A DNA stretch of 64,000 nucleotides from assembly GCA_963730675.1 (NCBI GenBank), contig CAVSSY010000008.1, forward strand, positions 47,584 to 111,583, written 5' to 3'. Shown here one piece after another: positions 1 through 11,140 of this stretch. The translations under genes and the position numbers were made by a program. Below the pieces are notes generated by a model, which had not been told where the DNA came from, searched no databases, and was given only the letters and a program-made list of their open reading frames with translations. Numbering within the stretch: position 1 is the stretch's first letter; each line of letters starts with the position of its first letter. Source of the DNA: an uncultured delta proteobacterium. Its GTDB lineage: Bacteria; Desulfobacterota; Desulfobacteria; Desulfobacterales; UBA5852.

Positions 1-1025
1 AAAGGTACCAGAGCTGCCAAAATGAAGAGTGGCAGAAAAGGATTGAGCTTGCCGTCGAAATAGCGCGGATCATCGTCCTGCCCTTCTAAAAAAATCCTCA
101 GAGGAAGCAAGGCAATGTATCCGAAGGATTCCTTGAAGACAAGTCGGCGCACCATCAAGGTGTTCGAGGTATTTTGCACCATGGTGGCGGTCCGGCTCCA
201 CTCATCCTGGCGACTGGGCATCTCCCGGTCATTAAAAACAGTCTGAAGCATGGGGTAGACGGGATTCCCCTTTAAATAGATATTACGAATGGCCCACGGA
301 GAAAAAACCGCCAGGGCAACAGCTGCAAAAACGATCGCGTCAACAAGGCGCGTAAGCCCTGATTTCTCCGTCTCGCGAGGCGCTATGCGCTATCCGACTC
401 CTTTGGTTTGTCCTCCGATGACCGTGTGGCTTTTAGCCGAAGGTAAATAAAAGGGATGATAGCCGCCAAGGACGGCCAGCATCAAAAGGGCATTGTACTT
501 GGTCCCCAAAGCGAGACCAGTCCATACCCCTGCCCATATCAAATGCCGGGCGTTTTTGGAGCATTCCGACCAACGGATCAGGGAATAGACGGCGGCCATG
601 CTGAAAAATCCAAGTCCGAGATCAATGTATACTTCGGTGGAAAGTCGCGCCACAATGGGAAGGGACATCCACAGCAAGGCTCCAGTCAAGCCCAGGAGAG
701 GATCTATGCGCCGGCTTAGATACCGATAAATCAACCCGCGGTGAGCAGGCCGAAAAGAAAATGAATGTATTTCGGCAGAATGTCGTTTCCTGTCGCGAGG
801 GCGCGCATAGTACAACAGGTCCAAATTCATAGGATAATATGAGAAAGGGATGTTGGGGAGTTCGACGAATCCGCCACGTTCAAGATAGAGCTTGGGCAGC
901 GCAAGGTGGTGCGTGAGCGCATCACGGCTTACCGGGGGTACGCTTGCCATAAGCGAGATGCCTGCAACCACCAAGATGGCCGCCACGAGAATACATACCA
1001 CAAGTCCTTGGCGGGCGAATTTCAT
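1..1025 (-). pseudogene. GT-C glycosyltransferase, family 39 (ArnT/PMT-like) membrane protein; 3' end lies beyond the window; in-frame TAG at 390-392
   Basis: ORF 390..1025 is polytopic with a GTKYNALLMLAVLG-type PMT_2/ArnT region. The same frame stays open from 389 to 1 (about 129 codons, ...LVDAIVFAAVALAVFSPWAIRNIYLKGNPVYP...), so this is one gene split by a single stop. Confidence 0.55.
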
Positions 1026-1055
1026 CGTCTGGAGCAGCGGATACAGGTCATAATG

Positions 1056-1762
1056 TTACACGCCGACGGGTTTGCGTGCAGTCAGTTTGAATCCCCAGCA
1101 AAAGCGATTCAATACAGGCAACCGGGCAATTGCCTCGTCCAGTCGAATAAGCCGTTTCATGATCTTTTCGGGTACTCTAACCGGCAGGATATCGGGAAAG
1201 GCCACAGGGTAAGCAAACAATCCGAAGTAGCTCAGATCGACAACATCGAGGAACGGCGCAATCTGGCGTGCATAATCGCGGGGACGAAACGCTCGATGCA
1301 GGGGACTGAAATGCTCCTCTCCTTGCTTTTTTAAAGCATATCGCAGGATCCGTAGAGGGCTTAGATTGGGATCGGTAAGCACGGCGATCCCGCCGGGTTT
1401 CAAAACCCTTGCAATTTCTGCCACATGCGGTATGCATGTCCGGACAAGTGATGCAATACCCCCTTGGCGAGCACGCCATTGAAGGAATTGTTACCAAAAG
1501 GAAGCTTTTCGGCATCACCCATCACCACCTTCAACTGCTTAGCCTTGGCATAGCGAAGCATACCTAAAGCAATATCTACGCCCATAAGTCGACGCCGACA
1601 GCCATTCATCTGCAATACTTCATAAATCCACCCCGTGCCGCATCCCAGATCAAGCCACAAACCGTTATCAGAGGTCGAAGCGATCATATCCTCGACCCAC
1701 CAAACATGATAGCATCGCGAGTGAGGGTGGCGATAGCGCTCGTTTTCGTAGGCATCAGACAC
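1056..1762 (-). pseudogene. class I SAM-dependent methyltransferase (Methyltransf_11-like), frameshifted near 1425-1435
   Basis: ORF 1400..1762 has motif I LDLGCGTG and ...GVLHHL. ORF 1056..1424, in a different frame, continues with AEIARVLKPGG. The two halves abut. Confidence 0.7.
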
Positions 1763-1795
1763 CTGTTTTGCGTGGCGATTTCTATCCGTTGCTGT

Positions 1796-2677
1796 TCAGT
1801 CCTCATACATGTAACGCTCTCGTCGCATCACACTGATTTGATCGACAACAAGGCCAAAGAAAAAAATCATCAAAGCCGCCAACAAACACAGCAGAGCCCC
1901 ATTGGCCAGTGTCAGACGAACCGTTGCAATGACATATCCGGCATAGGCGATTCCTAATCCGGCAAGGGCAATCGAAACCGGCATAAAAATCCTCAAAGGG
2001 CTAAACAGCACCACCAGACGAAAATGAGCATCAGCACCATGAAACCGTGGCGAAATTGGCGAACCGTGCTCGTACCGATTCTTTTCCGTGTTTGGATCGG
2101 CACAAATTTCACGATGAACCCCATTTTCATGCCCGCCACCGTCGAGGTGGAAGTAAAGGAAAAACCTTCCGGCATTAGATGGAGAATTTTTCTTATATAA
2201 AACGCGCTTAAAAATCCGGAGTCCGGAGTTGAGATCGGGAATCTTGCGCCCCACGATAAAATTGGCGGCATGTGTCAAAAACCATTTCCCGGGCAGGCGG
2301 AACAAATCCACCCTGCTGCCGGCGGCCCGCTCGCCAATTACCAGGTCTGCTCCACCGGCCTCCCCGTACAATAGGAGAAGGTCCTCCGGGCGGTGTTGCC
2401 CGTCGGAATCGAAAATCGCAATCAATTCCGTTTCTGCAGCACGAATTCCGGTTTTGAGGGCGGCGCCGTAGCCACGATTGTAAGGGTGGGTGATGACTTT
2501 CAGCCGGTTCGCGAAGCTTTCCAAAATTGGGCCGGTTTGGTCTTCCGACCCGTCATTCACGACGATGAGCTGCCAACCCTGATCTTCGACAGCGGGCAGC
2601 AGTTCGTCCAGTGTCCGGCGGATCGCCTGCTCCTCATTGTAGACCGGAATAATGACAGTCATCCTCGTCATCGACAA
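1796..2677 (-). pseudogene. family 2 glycosyltransferase, polyprenol-phosphate sugar synthase type (Dpm1/ArnC-like), with two compensating frameshifts
   Basis: N-terminus is VIIPVYNEE...VVNDGSED...DSDGQH. The central part reads sensibly only in the frame of ORF 1993..2271 (PEGFSFTSTSTVAGMKMGFIVKFVPIQTRKRIGTS). The frame switches fall at the T5 run 2187-2191 and the A4 run 2021-2024. Confidence 0.75.
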
Positions 2678-2788
2678 ACGCTCCAGCTCCAGATCGATTT
2701 AAGATGCGTTCCCCATACCGTAGATTCTCAGGAATTGCCGTGGCTATTCTCATGACTGGTCGCGCAATTGATTGGCAATGCCCTGATC

Positions 2789-3757
2789 TCAGCGGGACTC
2801 CCTGAGCCTGCTTTTCAGCGATTGCCGGTGTGGCAATCTGAACCAAAAAAAGGCGCTGATCAAGCCGACGCAGACAATGTAGACCAGATTGTACCAAAAG
2901 GCAAAACTCAAAACACTGGCGGCCGGAATGCCGTATTGCCCGAAAAAAAAGAGCAGCACCGCTTCGCGCGTGCCCAAACCGGCGATCGTAATTGGCACAT
3001 AGCCAACCAGAATGGCCACCGCAGTGACCATAACGATCGGACCACAGTCCAAAGGCAAATCAACGGCTTGTCCGATCAAACAGACCTGAGTGAAGTAAAG
3101 GGCGTAGCTAAGAAGTGTCAAGGAGAGTGCTTCAACGAGGCGTGGCGTAAAGAGGCTGCGGCTTCCATCAGCAAACGCACGCCACGCTTCCTGCCAGCGG
3201 GGATTGATGCGCAGCAGCCAGGCATCGACTGCGGCACCCCATCGACCGCCCGCCCGGCCCCCCTTTAAAATCAACCAGGGCGAAACAGCTACAATAACTG
3301 CCAAAAGGGCAAAAACCCAAGATGCAACCGGCAGAATGTCCATAAAGTAAAGGGCACACAGGGCCAGTAGTCCAAGCACATATACATCAAGCAGACGGTC
3401 GAGCAGAACGCTGGGCAACGATTGCGCCACACCGGCGATCCTGTTCTGCTTCAGGAAGAAGGATTTTACCACCTCCCCCATCCGGCCCGGAGTGATCAGC
3501 CCGATGTAGATGGCGGCAAAATAAAACACCATCGCTGTACGAATGGGGCAGTTGATCCCCTGTTGGGCCATCAACCTCTGCCAACGCAGGGCCCGCAGGG
3601 CCACCTGCGGGAAAATCAGCCCTATCACCGGTATCAAATAGCGATAATCGCTGTTGCGGATATGATGGGCGACTTGCCCCAGATCGACACTGGCAATGAT
3701 GGCGATCAGGGCAACGAGGCCGATCGATTTTATGAGGCGGTGGCGTTTCAAAGGCAA
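2789..3757 (-). CDS. flippase-like membrane protein, lysylphosphatidylglycerol-synthase TM-region family (UPF0104/TIGR00374-like)
   Basis: Intact 322-aa polytopic ORF with the ITPGRMGE and GLGTREA blocks typical of this family. Confidence 0.7.
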   Translation of the reverse strand: MPLKRHRLIKSIGLVALIAIIASVDLGQVAHHIRNSDYRYLIPVIGLIFPQVALRALRWQRLMAQQGINCPIRTAMVFYFAAIYIGLITPGRMGEVVKSFFLKQNRIAGVAQSLPSVLLDRLLDVYVLGLLALCALYFMDILPVASWVFALLAVIVAVSPWLILKGGRAGGRWGAAVDAWLLRINPRWQEAWRAFADGSRSLFTPRLVEALSLTLLSYALYFTQVCLIGQAVDLPLDCGPIVMVTAVAILVGYVPITIAGLGTREAVLLFFFGQYGIPAASVLSFAFWYNLVYIVCVGLISAFFWFRLPHRQSLKSRLRESR

Positions 3758-3795
3758 TCTGCTTCAACCGCAATCGGTGGCGCTTGCACCGACTA

Positions 3796-4993
3796 TTATC
3801 GCATCACTTCGCGGAATATTTCGGGTGGTATTTGAGCAAGATAGACCTTCCCATCGATGACATAGGCCGGCGTTCCGGTTATATCCAGTTTCATGCCGGC
3901 CCATATATCTTTGGCCAACTTCATCTGCAAATCTTTCCTGTCAGCCAGTGCCTGGCGCATGCCATCGAGATCGACACCGGTTCGTTCGGCAGAGATCCCG
4001 AAGATCAAGTTCACCCTGCTCGCGTGCGAGGTCGAACAAGGCATCGTTCATCTGCCAGAAGCGGCCCTGTTCTGCGGCGAAAAGGGCCAAAATGGCCATT
4101 TTTCCGGATCCCACATGGAACGGTTCCTTAACCAACGGGTTAATGGCGTTATCCATGGGAAAATGGCGATGAATCAGCCGAATCCGGTCGGGATAACGGG
4201 CCACCAGTTTACGCAGATAGCGATGCATTTTACGACATTGGAAGCAGAGGTAATCCGTATATTCCGTTATTTCCAGTTCCGGATGGAGCGCTCCGATCCA
4301 GGGATGACCGTCTTCGGTCATGCCGGTTTGCAAGTTATGGATGGGCAATGGCTCAGCATAGGACCAATAGGGAGGGAATGCCGCCATGCCCACTATGGCA
4401 AAGGTCAGCACAACGAGGCACGCCGTGCGGGCTGTAAAGCTGTGCCATAAGAGGCTAAATTCCCTCCTGAGGCCAGTGAAAAGTCGCGGGAGCCGGAACC
4501 GTTTGCGGATGAGCCAGGTGTAGAACAAGAGCAGCAAATTGATGCCGTAGCTCAGGATGCACATGATGCAGTAACTGTGGACATAATAGGTGGAAATGAA
4601 AGCCAGCACGAGACTGTAAAGGCTGAACAGCAGGGCGATCGATTGAAGGAGGGCCCAGCCGTCCTTCTGCCGCCGGCGTTCGCTCCAGGCCAGGCCAAGC
4701 AAGAGGGAAAAAACAAGGTATCCCAGCACGCCCCACACCGGCACCGGGACACCGAGCAGAATCGAATACGGGCTTTGCGAAACCGTATCGCAGTTGATGG
4801 ACTTGCTGAGGGCGCAAAAGCTGCTGTAGCCGATGTCCGTGTAAACGCGATAGTGTGATATGGCCAGGTAAATCGAATCGGCCAGCCCGCCCAGCGACAG
4901 CGCTAAAAGAGGCCCAAAATAAACGGGAAAGGGCAACGGATTGATTGGTTTTTGAGACCCGGAAAACACGCCCAGGTACCTCCAGAGGTTCAT
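3796..4993 (-). pseudogene. vitamin K epoxide reductase (VKOR) - DsbA/thioredoxin-fold fusion protein, frameshifted near 4012-4018
   Basis: The N-terminal TM domain has cysteines in FCALSKSINC and a CIMC motif. A DsbA-like CFQC motif follows. The C-terminal DsbA segment (VNLIFGISAERTGVDLDGM...GTPAYVIDGKVY) lies in the frame of ORF 3796..4044. Confidence 0.7.
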
Positions 4994-5036
4994 CGCGACA
5001 GCGTCCGAAACGATCGGCTTTTACCCTCGCATGCTA

Positions 5037-7063
5037 TCATTTGTCCATTTCAAAGTATGCCAGCAATGTATCCGGGTCACCGATTTCGTTCACGCCGTCG
5101 ACAAGGACGGATTGCAAACTGTCGATCGAATGGTGATCGAACAGATAGTCTCGGATGATATTGGCCTGGGCCATCTCGCCGGCGGCCAGACGATTTTCCA
5201 GCAGGCACAGCATGACCACCAGATTGCCGGGGTCGGCACGAAAGGCGCGTTGCAGGAACCAATAGCCCCTGTCCGGACTGCCCATATGCGTGAGCGCAAC
5301 ACCGATTTGCAAATTGGGGGATCGATGGTTTGGTCTGAGCCGCAGCAAACGCCGCGAAAAGCGCAAGGCTTCCTCATAACGATGCTGTTTCAGCAATATC
5401 AACCCCATCAGATCCAGAGAAGCGTCGTGATTCGGATGACGCTCGAGAAGCCAGCGCAGATGCGTTCCCGCGGCCTCGAAACGTCCGGTGTTGGCGTAGG
5501 CTACTGCCAGATTATAATGCGAGCGGACGGTATTCGGCAATCGATCCAGCGCCTGGCGATAATAATCGATGGCCTTTTCGCGGTCGCCGCTCTTATAGAA
5601 AATGGTCCCAATATTGGTCAGCGCCATGACTTCAAAATGCTTCGTCGCGGGGCCTGCAGTTCCATGCTCTTCAGATAGAGCGCGACGGCCTGGGCTGATT
5701 GCCCCGGCGTTCGAAATCCTTGGCCAGATTGAAGACCGGCCGCGCCCTGCCGGGCGCCTTGCGATGGGCATCTGTCCAAAGGCTGCGTTCGGTCTGCCAG
5801 TCCATGTTGCGGATATACGTTCCGGTTCCCAAGAATACAAGGATCAAAACAGCGGTGCCGGACCACAAAAACCGCCAACTGCCAGCCTTCGTCTGTAAGA
5901 CATTCTTTACTTCCAGCAAAGCCGGCTGCAACGGGTAAAAATAAAAAGGTGGACGGGAGATAGTTGCGATGTTCGAATACCATTTCCAATGGTAAAATCG
6001 TAGATTCGACGGCGTGGTTGAGAAAGAAAAACAGGATGGCAAAGGACACAAGCGGCCGTTTGCGGATCTGGAGAATGCCGAAGACGATCAAAGCCGCGAT
6101 GAAGATGATGGCGGGCAGCGTGCTCCACGGGTGCCAAAGGCTGGTGGAGACTGTAAAATCGTGTTCCAGAGAAAGCCGCTGTGGGATGGGGTAAAAAAGC
6201 AGGCTCAAGTAGAACACGAGCACCCGTGGTTGGGTCAGCGCCCTTTCCATCAGTGTAAAGGGGCGCATTTCAAAGGATCGGGAGAGAATATGAATGATAT
6301 TCCTGTCCGACCACAGAAAAAACAGGGTAACAAAAACGAGCGTAATCCCAAGTCCCGCCGCCAGCACAATGCCAATCCTACGGTCGAAGGGTTTTCCATC
6401 CTTGGTCTGGAAAAAGACGGCTTCGATTAACACCAGGGCCATCGGGAGCGTCGCCGCATTCTCCTTGGTGCCCATGGCCAGCAGGAACGCAACCGCGACC
6501 AAGGTGCCCCACACGACGCGCGAGCGTCTTTCGGGCGACAAGCGACATTTGAGATAGGCGGTCATGGCCGATAGGTAAAAGAGCGTCGCCAGGCTTGTCA
6601 TGCGCTGGACGACATAGGTGACCGCCTGAGTCTGGATTGGATGAAACGCCCACAGCACACTTGCGCCGAGGGCGATCCAATGGAGGTGCTCCCGATAGCG
6701 TTTCGGAAACCTGGGTGTAACCCCCAGCAAAAGCACCATACTGTAAACGAGCAGGAAATTGAAAAGGTGGATCATCAGGTTGACAAGATGATAGCCGGCC
6801 ACATTGGTGCCGTGCCAGTACCAGTTGAGTGCGAAGGACAGGTTGGCCACCGGGCGGGACAGATTGTTGCCCTGGGTTCGATCGAGGCCGAAGACACGCT
6901 CGAGCGTGTCCAAGTCCCATTGAGTAGTCTGCACCGCCGGGTTGTTGAGGATGTTGGGATAGTCGTCCATGTGCCAGGCGGCCTTGAAGGTGTTCGAATA
7001 GACCGCCACCAGCAGCAGTACGATCACAAGAAGCGCTACGGTAAACCGGCTGTCATTTGGCAC
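5037..7063 (-). pseudogene. GT-C-like polytopic membrane protein with C-terminal TPR repeats (TMTC/PMT-like, DUF1736-type), at least 3 frameshifts
   Basis: ORF 5618..7063 supplies about 11 TM helices. The last TM and the first TPR are in ORF 5671..6051. The remaining TPRs (ALTNIGTIFYKSGDREKAIDYYRQAL...) are in ORF 5037..5840. The shifts lie near 5.9 kb, at the C4 run 5702-5705 and at the G4 run 5649-5652. Confidence 0.65.
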
Positions 7064-7356
7064 AAATGGAGGCTTGAACTCGGCGCCTGTCTGCCGCCTA
7101 TTCCCATTTCATAAAGTATAACCTACTAAAATGACTTGAAAAAGATTACCTATGTGGACGAAACTCCATAAACTCTCAAATCCTAAAGCGTTTTTTCAAC
7201 ATAGAGCGGTCCCCATGTTTGACCGACCCGACAATCAGCGATTACTTAGCAGGGAAGAAGAAAAGGTCAAGCGCTTTTAAGGGGGGATGCAACCGAATCA
7301 TTTCGCCATCGATAGATAACCTTAAGTTGATACCGCAAAGCGCAGCCGCAATAACG

Positions 7357-7380
7357 AAAAGGGGGGCTAAAAGCCTCCCC
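7357..7380 (-). terminator. intrinsic terminator downstream of the pilin gene
   Basis: The minus strand reads GGGGAGGC-UUUUA-GCCCCCC followed by UUUU, 34 nt after the reconstructed pilin stop. Confidence 0.6.
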
Positions 7381-7413
7381 TTTCCTATCCACTTATGTCA
7401 TTTGCGTTGTGAT

Positions 7414-7801
7414 TTACTGCATGGTAATGGTGTACACGCCATTGCCGTCCCAACGGGTGTCGCCAGCCTGGTAAGCCGCGGGACAACGTTATCGGTGTCC
7501 GTAACCGTAACCGTAATGGCATTGATGTCGCCGCCGATATCGACAGTGTTGCTGTTGGACGGTGTGATGCCGACAGCAGCAGCATCGCGGGAACATTGTT
7601 GTTGCCCGGAATCGAGTAGTAGTCCGCCAGGGCGGCCATAGTGGCCTGGGCATCAGACTCGGCCGCGGAGCAGTAAGCCTTGTTCCGATAAGCGATGAAG
7701 TTGGGGATGGCGATCGCGGCCAAAATACCGATGATGGCGATGACGATCATGAGCTCGATCAGGGTGAAACCTTCTTTGTTGCTTCTCAGTTTCTGCAGCA
7801 T
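7414..7801 (-). pseudogene. pilA: type IV pilin (PilA-like), with two frameshifts in the C-terminal domain
   Basis: GGAGGA is followed by an ATG at 7801. The class III signal and N-terminal helix read [27 protein letters not shown]. After ...IPGNNNVPA, sensible sequence continues in other frames ([31 protein letters not shown], then [23 protein letters not shown] with a stop at 7414-7416). Confidence 0.75.
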
Positions 7802-7930
7802 GGTTAATTCCTCCTCTAAAGGTGTTAAAAAATGTGGTGAAATTGGGTTGACGAATGTCAGCTGCCGCTGGATTAATTGTGGCGCGTTTCGTTGCGCCGG
7901 GTACAACCTCATTCGTTGGGCTGTGTTAAA

Positions 7931-7945
7931 GCAATCCGTGTGCCA
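7931..7945 (-). promoter_or_regulatory. sigma-54 (-24/-12) promoter for the pilin gene
   Basis: The minus strand reads TGGCAC-ACGGA-TTGC, an exact match to the TGGCAC-N5-TTGC consensus, about 130 nt upstream of the pilin ATG. Confidence 0.8.
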
Positions 7946-8305
7946 CTTCATACGATCTCAATCCACATTTCTCTATCAGATTGTATTCATTGCACAATCC
8001 CTTCTCGGACGATCAACGCCCGTTTGAGCACAGCCAAATGCCGACGGGCCTTTGACGCAAATTGTCAGCTCCTTGACATTTTTTGTCATGGCGTGCTTTT
8101 TTATGCACACAAATCGCATTTCGGAAAACATATATCGAGTCTTTTTTATCAGTTACGGAAGGTTGAAAATTTTGGAATTCCGCGTGATGGGAGGCGAATC
8201 TCTCTTCGGGAAGGCCTATAACAGCAGGTGGACTGTTGGAAATAAAACGCGCTATAATAGTCGGTAAATCAAGCGGTCTTCGAATGCCTCATAGGGCCGT
8301 CTATC

Positions 8306-9700
8306 TCACTTGTCATCCGCCATTTTCCCCAACCGGTGGCGGAAGGAGCGGAAGGTAATGCCCAGCAGTTCGGCCGCGCGGTTTTTGTTCCCGTCGGAGA
8401 TGTCCAGGGCTTTCTGAAGATAGGCATACTCGATTTCCCTCAGGATCACATCCAGGGCCACGCCCTTTTCCACCTCGTCCAGGTCGTAGCGCTTGCCTTC
8501 CACCCCTTCGATCCAGCGGCGTTTGTGCACCGAAAGGGCCAGACTTTCCGGCAGGATGATATTGGTGCTGGTCAAGGCCACCGAGCGCTCCATGAGGTTT
8601 TCCAATTCCCGCACATTGCCGGGGAAATCGTACTTGTTGAGCAGATCGACGGCATAGGATGATATCTTCTTGATTTCTTTTCCCATTTCACGGGAATATT
8701 TATCGAGGAAATGCTGAGCCAGGGCCTTAAGGTCACCCTTGCGCTCCCTTAAGGGTGGTATCTTGATTTCGATGACATTCAGGCGGTAGAAAAGGTCTTC
8801 TCTGAAATTCCCCTCGATGACCTCTCTATCCAGGTTCTTATTGGTGGCCGAGATGATGCGACAATCCACCTCGATGTCCTGGTTGCTCCCTACCGGTTTG
8901 ACGGTTTTTTCCTGCACCGCCCGCAGCAGCTTGACCTGCAGGGGCATGCTCAACTCGCCGATTTCATCGAGAAAAACCGTTCCTTTATGGGCGGCTTCGA
9001 AAAGGCCCTTCTTGTCCTGGGTGGCGCCGGTAAACGAGCCTTTGACATGGCCGAACAACTCGCTTTCCATCAGGGTTTCCGGTATCCCTCCGCAATTGAT
9101 GGCCACGAAGGTCTTGGTCGCCCGCTCGCTTTCCTCGTGTATCGCCCGGGCGATCAGCTCTTTGCCGGTGCCGCTTTCGCCGGTGACCAATACGTTCGTT
9201 CGCGTGGGAGCGACCTGGCGGATCATCTTGAAGATGTGCATCATGGCCGGGCTGTTGCCTACGATCTTTTTAAAATGGATGGTCTTTTTCAGCTGGTCGT
9301 CGATGCTTTCCTTTTCCTGCTCCAATGTTTTCAGCTCAAGCGCATTGGCGACGGTGGTTTTCAGCTCGTCGTTGTCAAACGGCTTGGGCACATAGTCGTA
9401 GGCCCCTTCATTCATGGCCTCCACCGCCACTTCGGTGGTGACATAGGCAGAAATCATAATCACGACGGTGTCCGGATTTTTGGCTTTGGACGCCCTCAAA
9501 ACGTCCAATCCGGTAATGTCGCCCAATCGAATGTCGCAGATCAACAAATCGAAGCGGGTCTCATCGAGCAGGCTTATGGCCTTTTTGCCGGACTCGGCAC
9601 AGGTCACCTCGTAACCTTGCTTGGTGAGAAGGTATTCGAGCATTTCCCGCATGCTCTCTTCGTCGTCCACGACTAGAATATGATAGGGTGCTTTCGCCAT
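8306..9700 (-). CDS. sigma-54-dependent response regulator (NtrC family, PilR-like): receiver + AAA+ + Fis-type HTH
   Basis: ILVVDDEESMRE...DLLICDIRL receiver, GESGTGKE Walker A, ESELFGH, GSFTGA, and a C-terminal NKNRAAELLGITFRSFRHRL. The start was chosen at MAKAPYHILVVDD. Confidence 0.9.
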   Translation of the reverse strand: MAKAPYHILVVDDEESMREMLEYLLTKQGYEVTCAESGKKAISLLDETRFDLLICDIRLGDITGLDVLRASKAKNPDTVVIMISAYVTTEVAVEAMNEGAYDYVPKPFDNDELKTTVANALELKTLEQEKESIDDQLKKTIHFKKIVGNSPAMMHIFKMIRQVAPTRTNVLVTGESGTGKELIARAIHEESERATKTFVAINCGGIPETLMESELFGHVKGSFTGATQDKKGLFEAAHKGTVFLDEIGELSMPLQVKLLRAVQEKTVKPVGSNQDIEVDCRIISATNKNLDREVIEGNFREDLFYRLNVIEIKIPPLRERKGDLKALAQHFLDKYSREMGKEIKKISSYAVDLLNKYDFPGNVRELENLMERSVALTSTNIILPESLALSVHKRRWIEGVEGKRYDLDEVEKGVALDVILREIEYAYLQKALDISDGNKNRAAELLGITFRSFRHRLGKMADDK

Positions 9701-9851
9701 GGTGTGTATGGATCCCTTGGGTAACGGGTTGCAAGGTCGCTTTCGATTGTTGGCGGAATAGATCGATATGCGATTCTTTGAATGGAACGCCGGTCGAATC
9801 GCTCGTCTCAAATCATGATGATGTCTTATCCCCTATTCCCCGGACTGCTCG

Positions 9852-11139
9852 TTAGGACTCGGCAAGCTCATGCACCACCCGTCCGGAAACGATTGTCATA
9901 AATGCCCGGCCCTTGACTTGCCAGCCGTCGAACGGACAATTGCGGCTCAGGGATTCGAATTGGCTCTGCGTCGATGGTGAACCCCAGTTCCGGAGAAAGG
10001 ATGGTGACGTCGGCTGCCAGGCCGGTTTGCAGGCCATATTCCCGGCCAAGGATGCGGGCGGGCCCGGTGGCCATCAATTCCACCAGCCGTTCCATACTGA
10101 TCACCCGATCATGGACCAACTTCAGTGATAGCGGGAGCGAGGTTTCCAGACCGATGATGCCGTTGGCCGCCTGGTCGAATTCCACCATTTTTTCGATGCT
10201 GGAATGGGGGGCATGATCACTGGCGATGGCATCCAGCGTGCCGTCGGCCAGCCCCTCCCGAATGGCCTCCCGGTCCGCCCGGCTGCGCAGCGGGGGGTAC
10301 ATCTTGGTGTTGCTGTCGTAGTCCTTTACCGCTTCATCCGTCAGCGTGAAATAATGCGGTGCGGTCTCCGCCGTCACACGAATACCGTTGGCTTTGGCCT
10401 TCCGAATGGCCTCGACGGCTTCCGCCGTGCTGACATGGGCGATGTGCACATGCCCCCCGGTAAGGGCGCTAAGGGCAATATCCCGCGTCACCATGACGGA
10501 TTCGGCGGCGTTGGGAATTCCGGGCAACCCAAGCCGGGTGGCCATCCGGCCCTCGTTCATGGCGCCGCCTTCCGCCAAATCCGGATCTTCACAATGGGAA
10601 ATCACCGGCATGCCAAAACCACGGGCATATTCCAGGGCCCGCCGCATCAGGAGACTGTTGGCAATGGGACGCCCGTCGTCGCTGAAGGCTACGGCACCGC
10701 ACTGCTTCAATTCGGCAAACTCGGTAAGGCCCTCCCCTCGCAGCCCCGGACTGACGGCAGCGACCGGATAGACGCGCGCCGCACCCGCCTTTTCCGCCTG
10801 GGAGAGAATGAACTCCGTAATCTGGGCACAGTCATTCACCGGGTTGGTGTTGGGCATGCTGCAAACGGCCGTGAAGCCCCCCGCTGCTGCGGCACGGCAG
10901 CCGGAAGCGATGGTTTCCTTATATTCGTGACCGGGCTCTCGCAGGTGTACGTGGAGATCGATCAGTCCCGGCGTGACCACCAGGCCGCGGGCATCGATGA
11001 CGCGGCAACCATCAGGCTGAGGATCACCGCCGCCGCCGAGGGTAAGCCCCGCAATCTTCCCGTCCCGTATATAAAGGTCGCCCACACCGTCGCAGTGCCC
11101 GGGATCGATGACACGGCCGCCCCGAATCAGAATGTCCAT
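9852..11139 (-). pseudogene. pyrC: dihydroorotase (class I), frameshifted near 9975-9990
   Basis: MDILIRGGRVIDP...LIDLHVHLREPG...VSTAEAVE...DHAPH. The C-terminal block SQFESLSRNCPFDGWQVKGRAFMTIVSGRVV is in the frame of ORF 9852..10049. The start abuts the pyrB stop. Confidence 0.85.
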
Positions 11140-11140
11140 C

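Noticed and set aside
390-392. Pyrrolysine or stop-codon reassignment as an explanation for the in-frame TAG
   Set aside because: TAG terminates feoA (21695-21697), feoB (23891-23893) and rlmD (24548-24550) in this window. No pyl genes are seen. The surrounding 15 kb is full of other disruptions.
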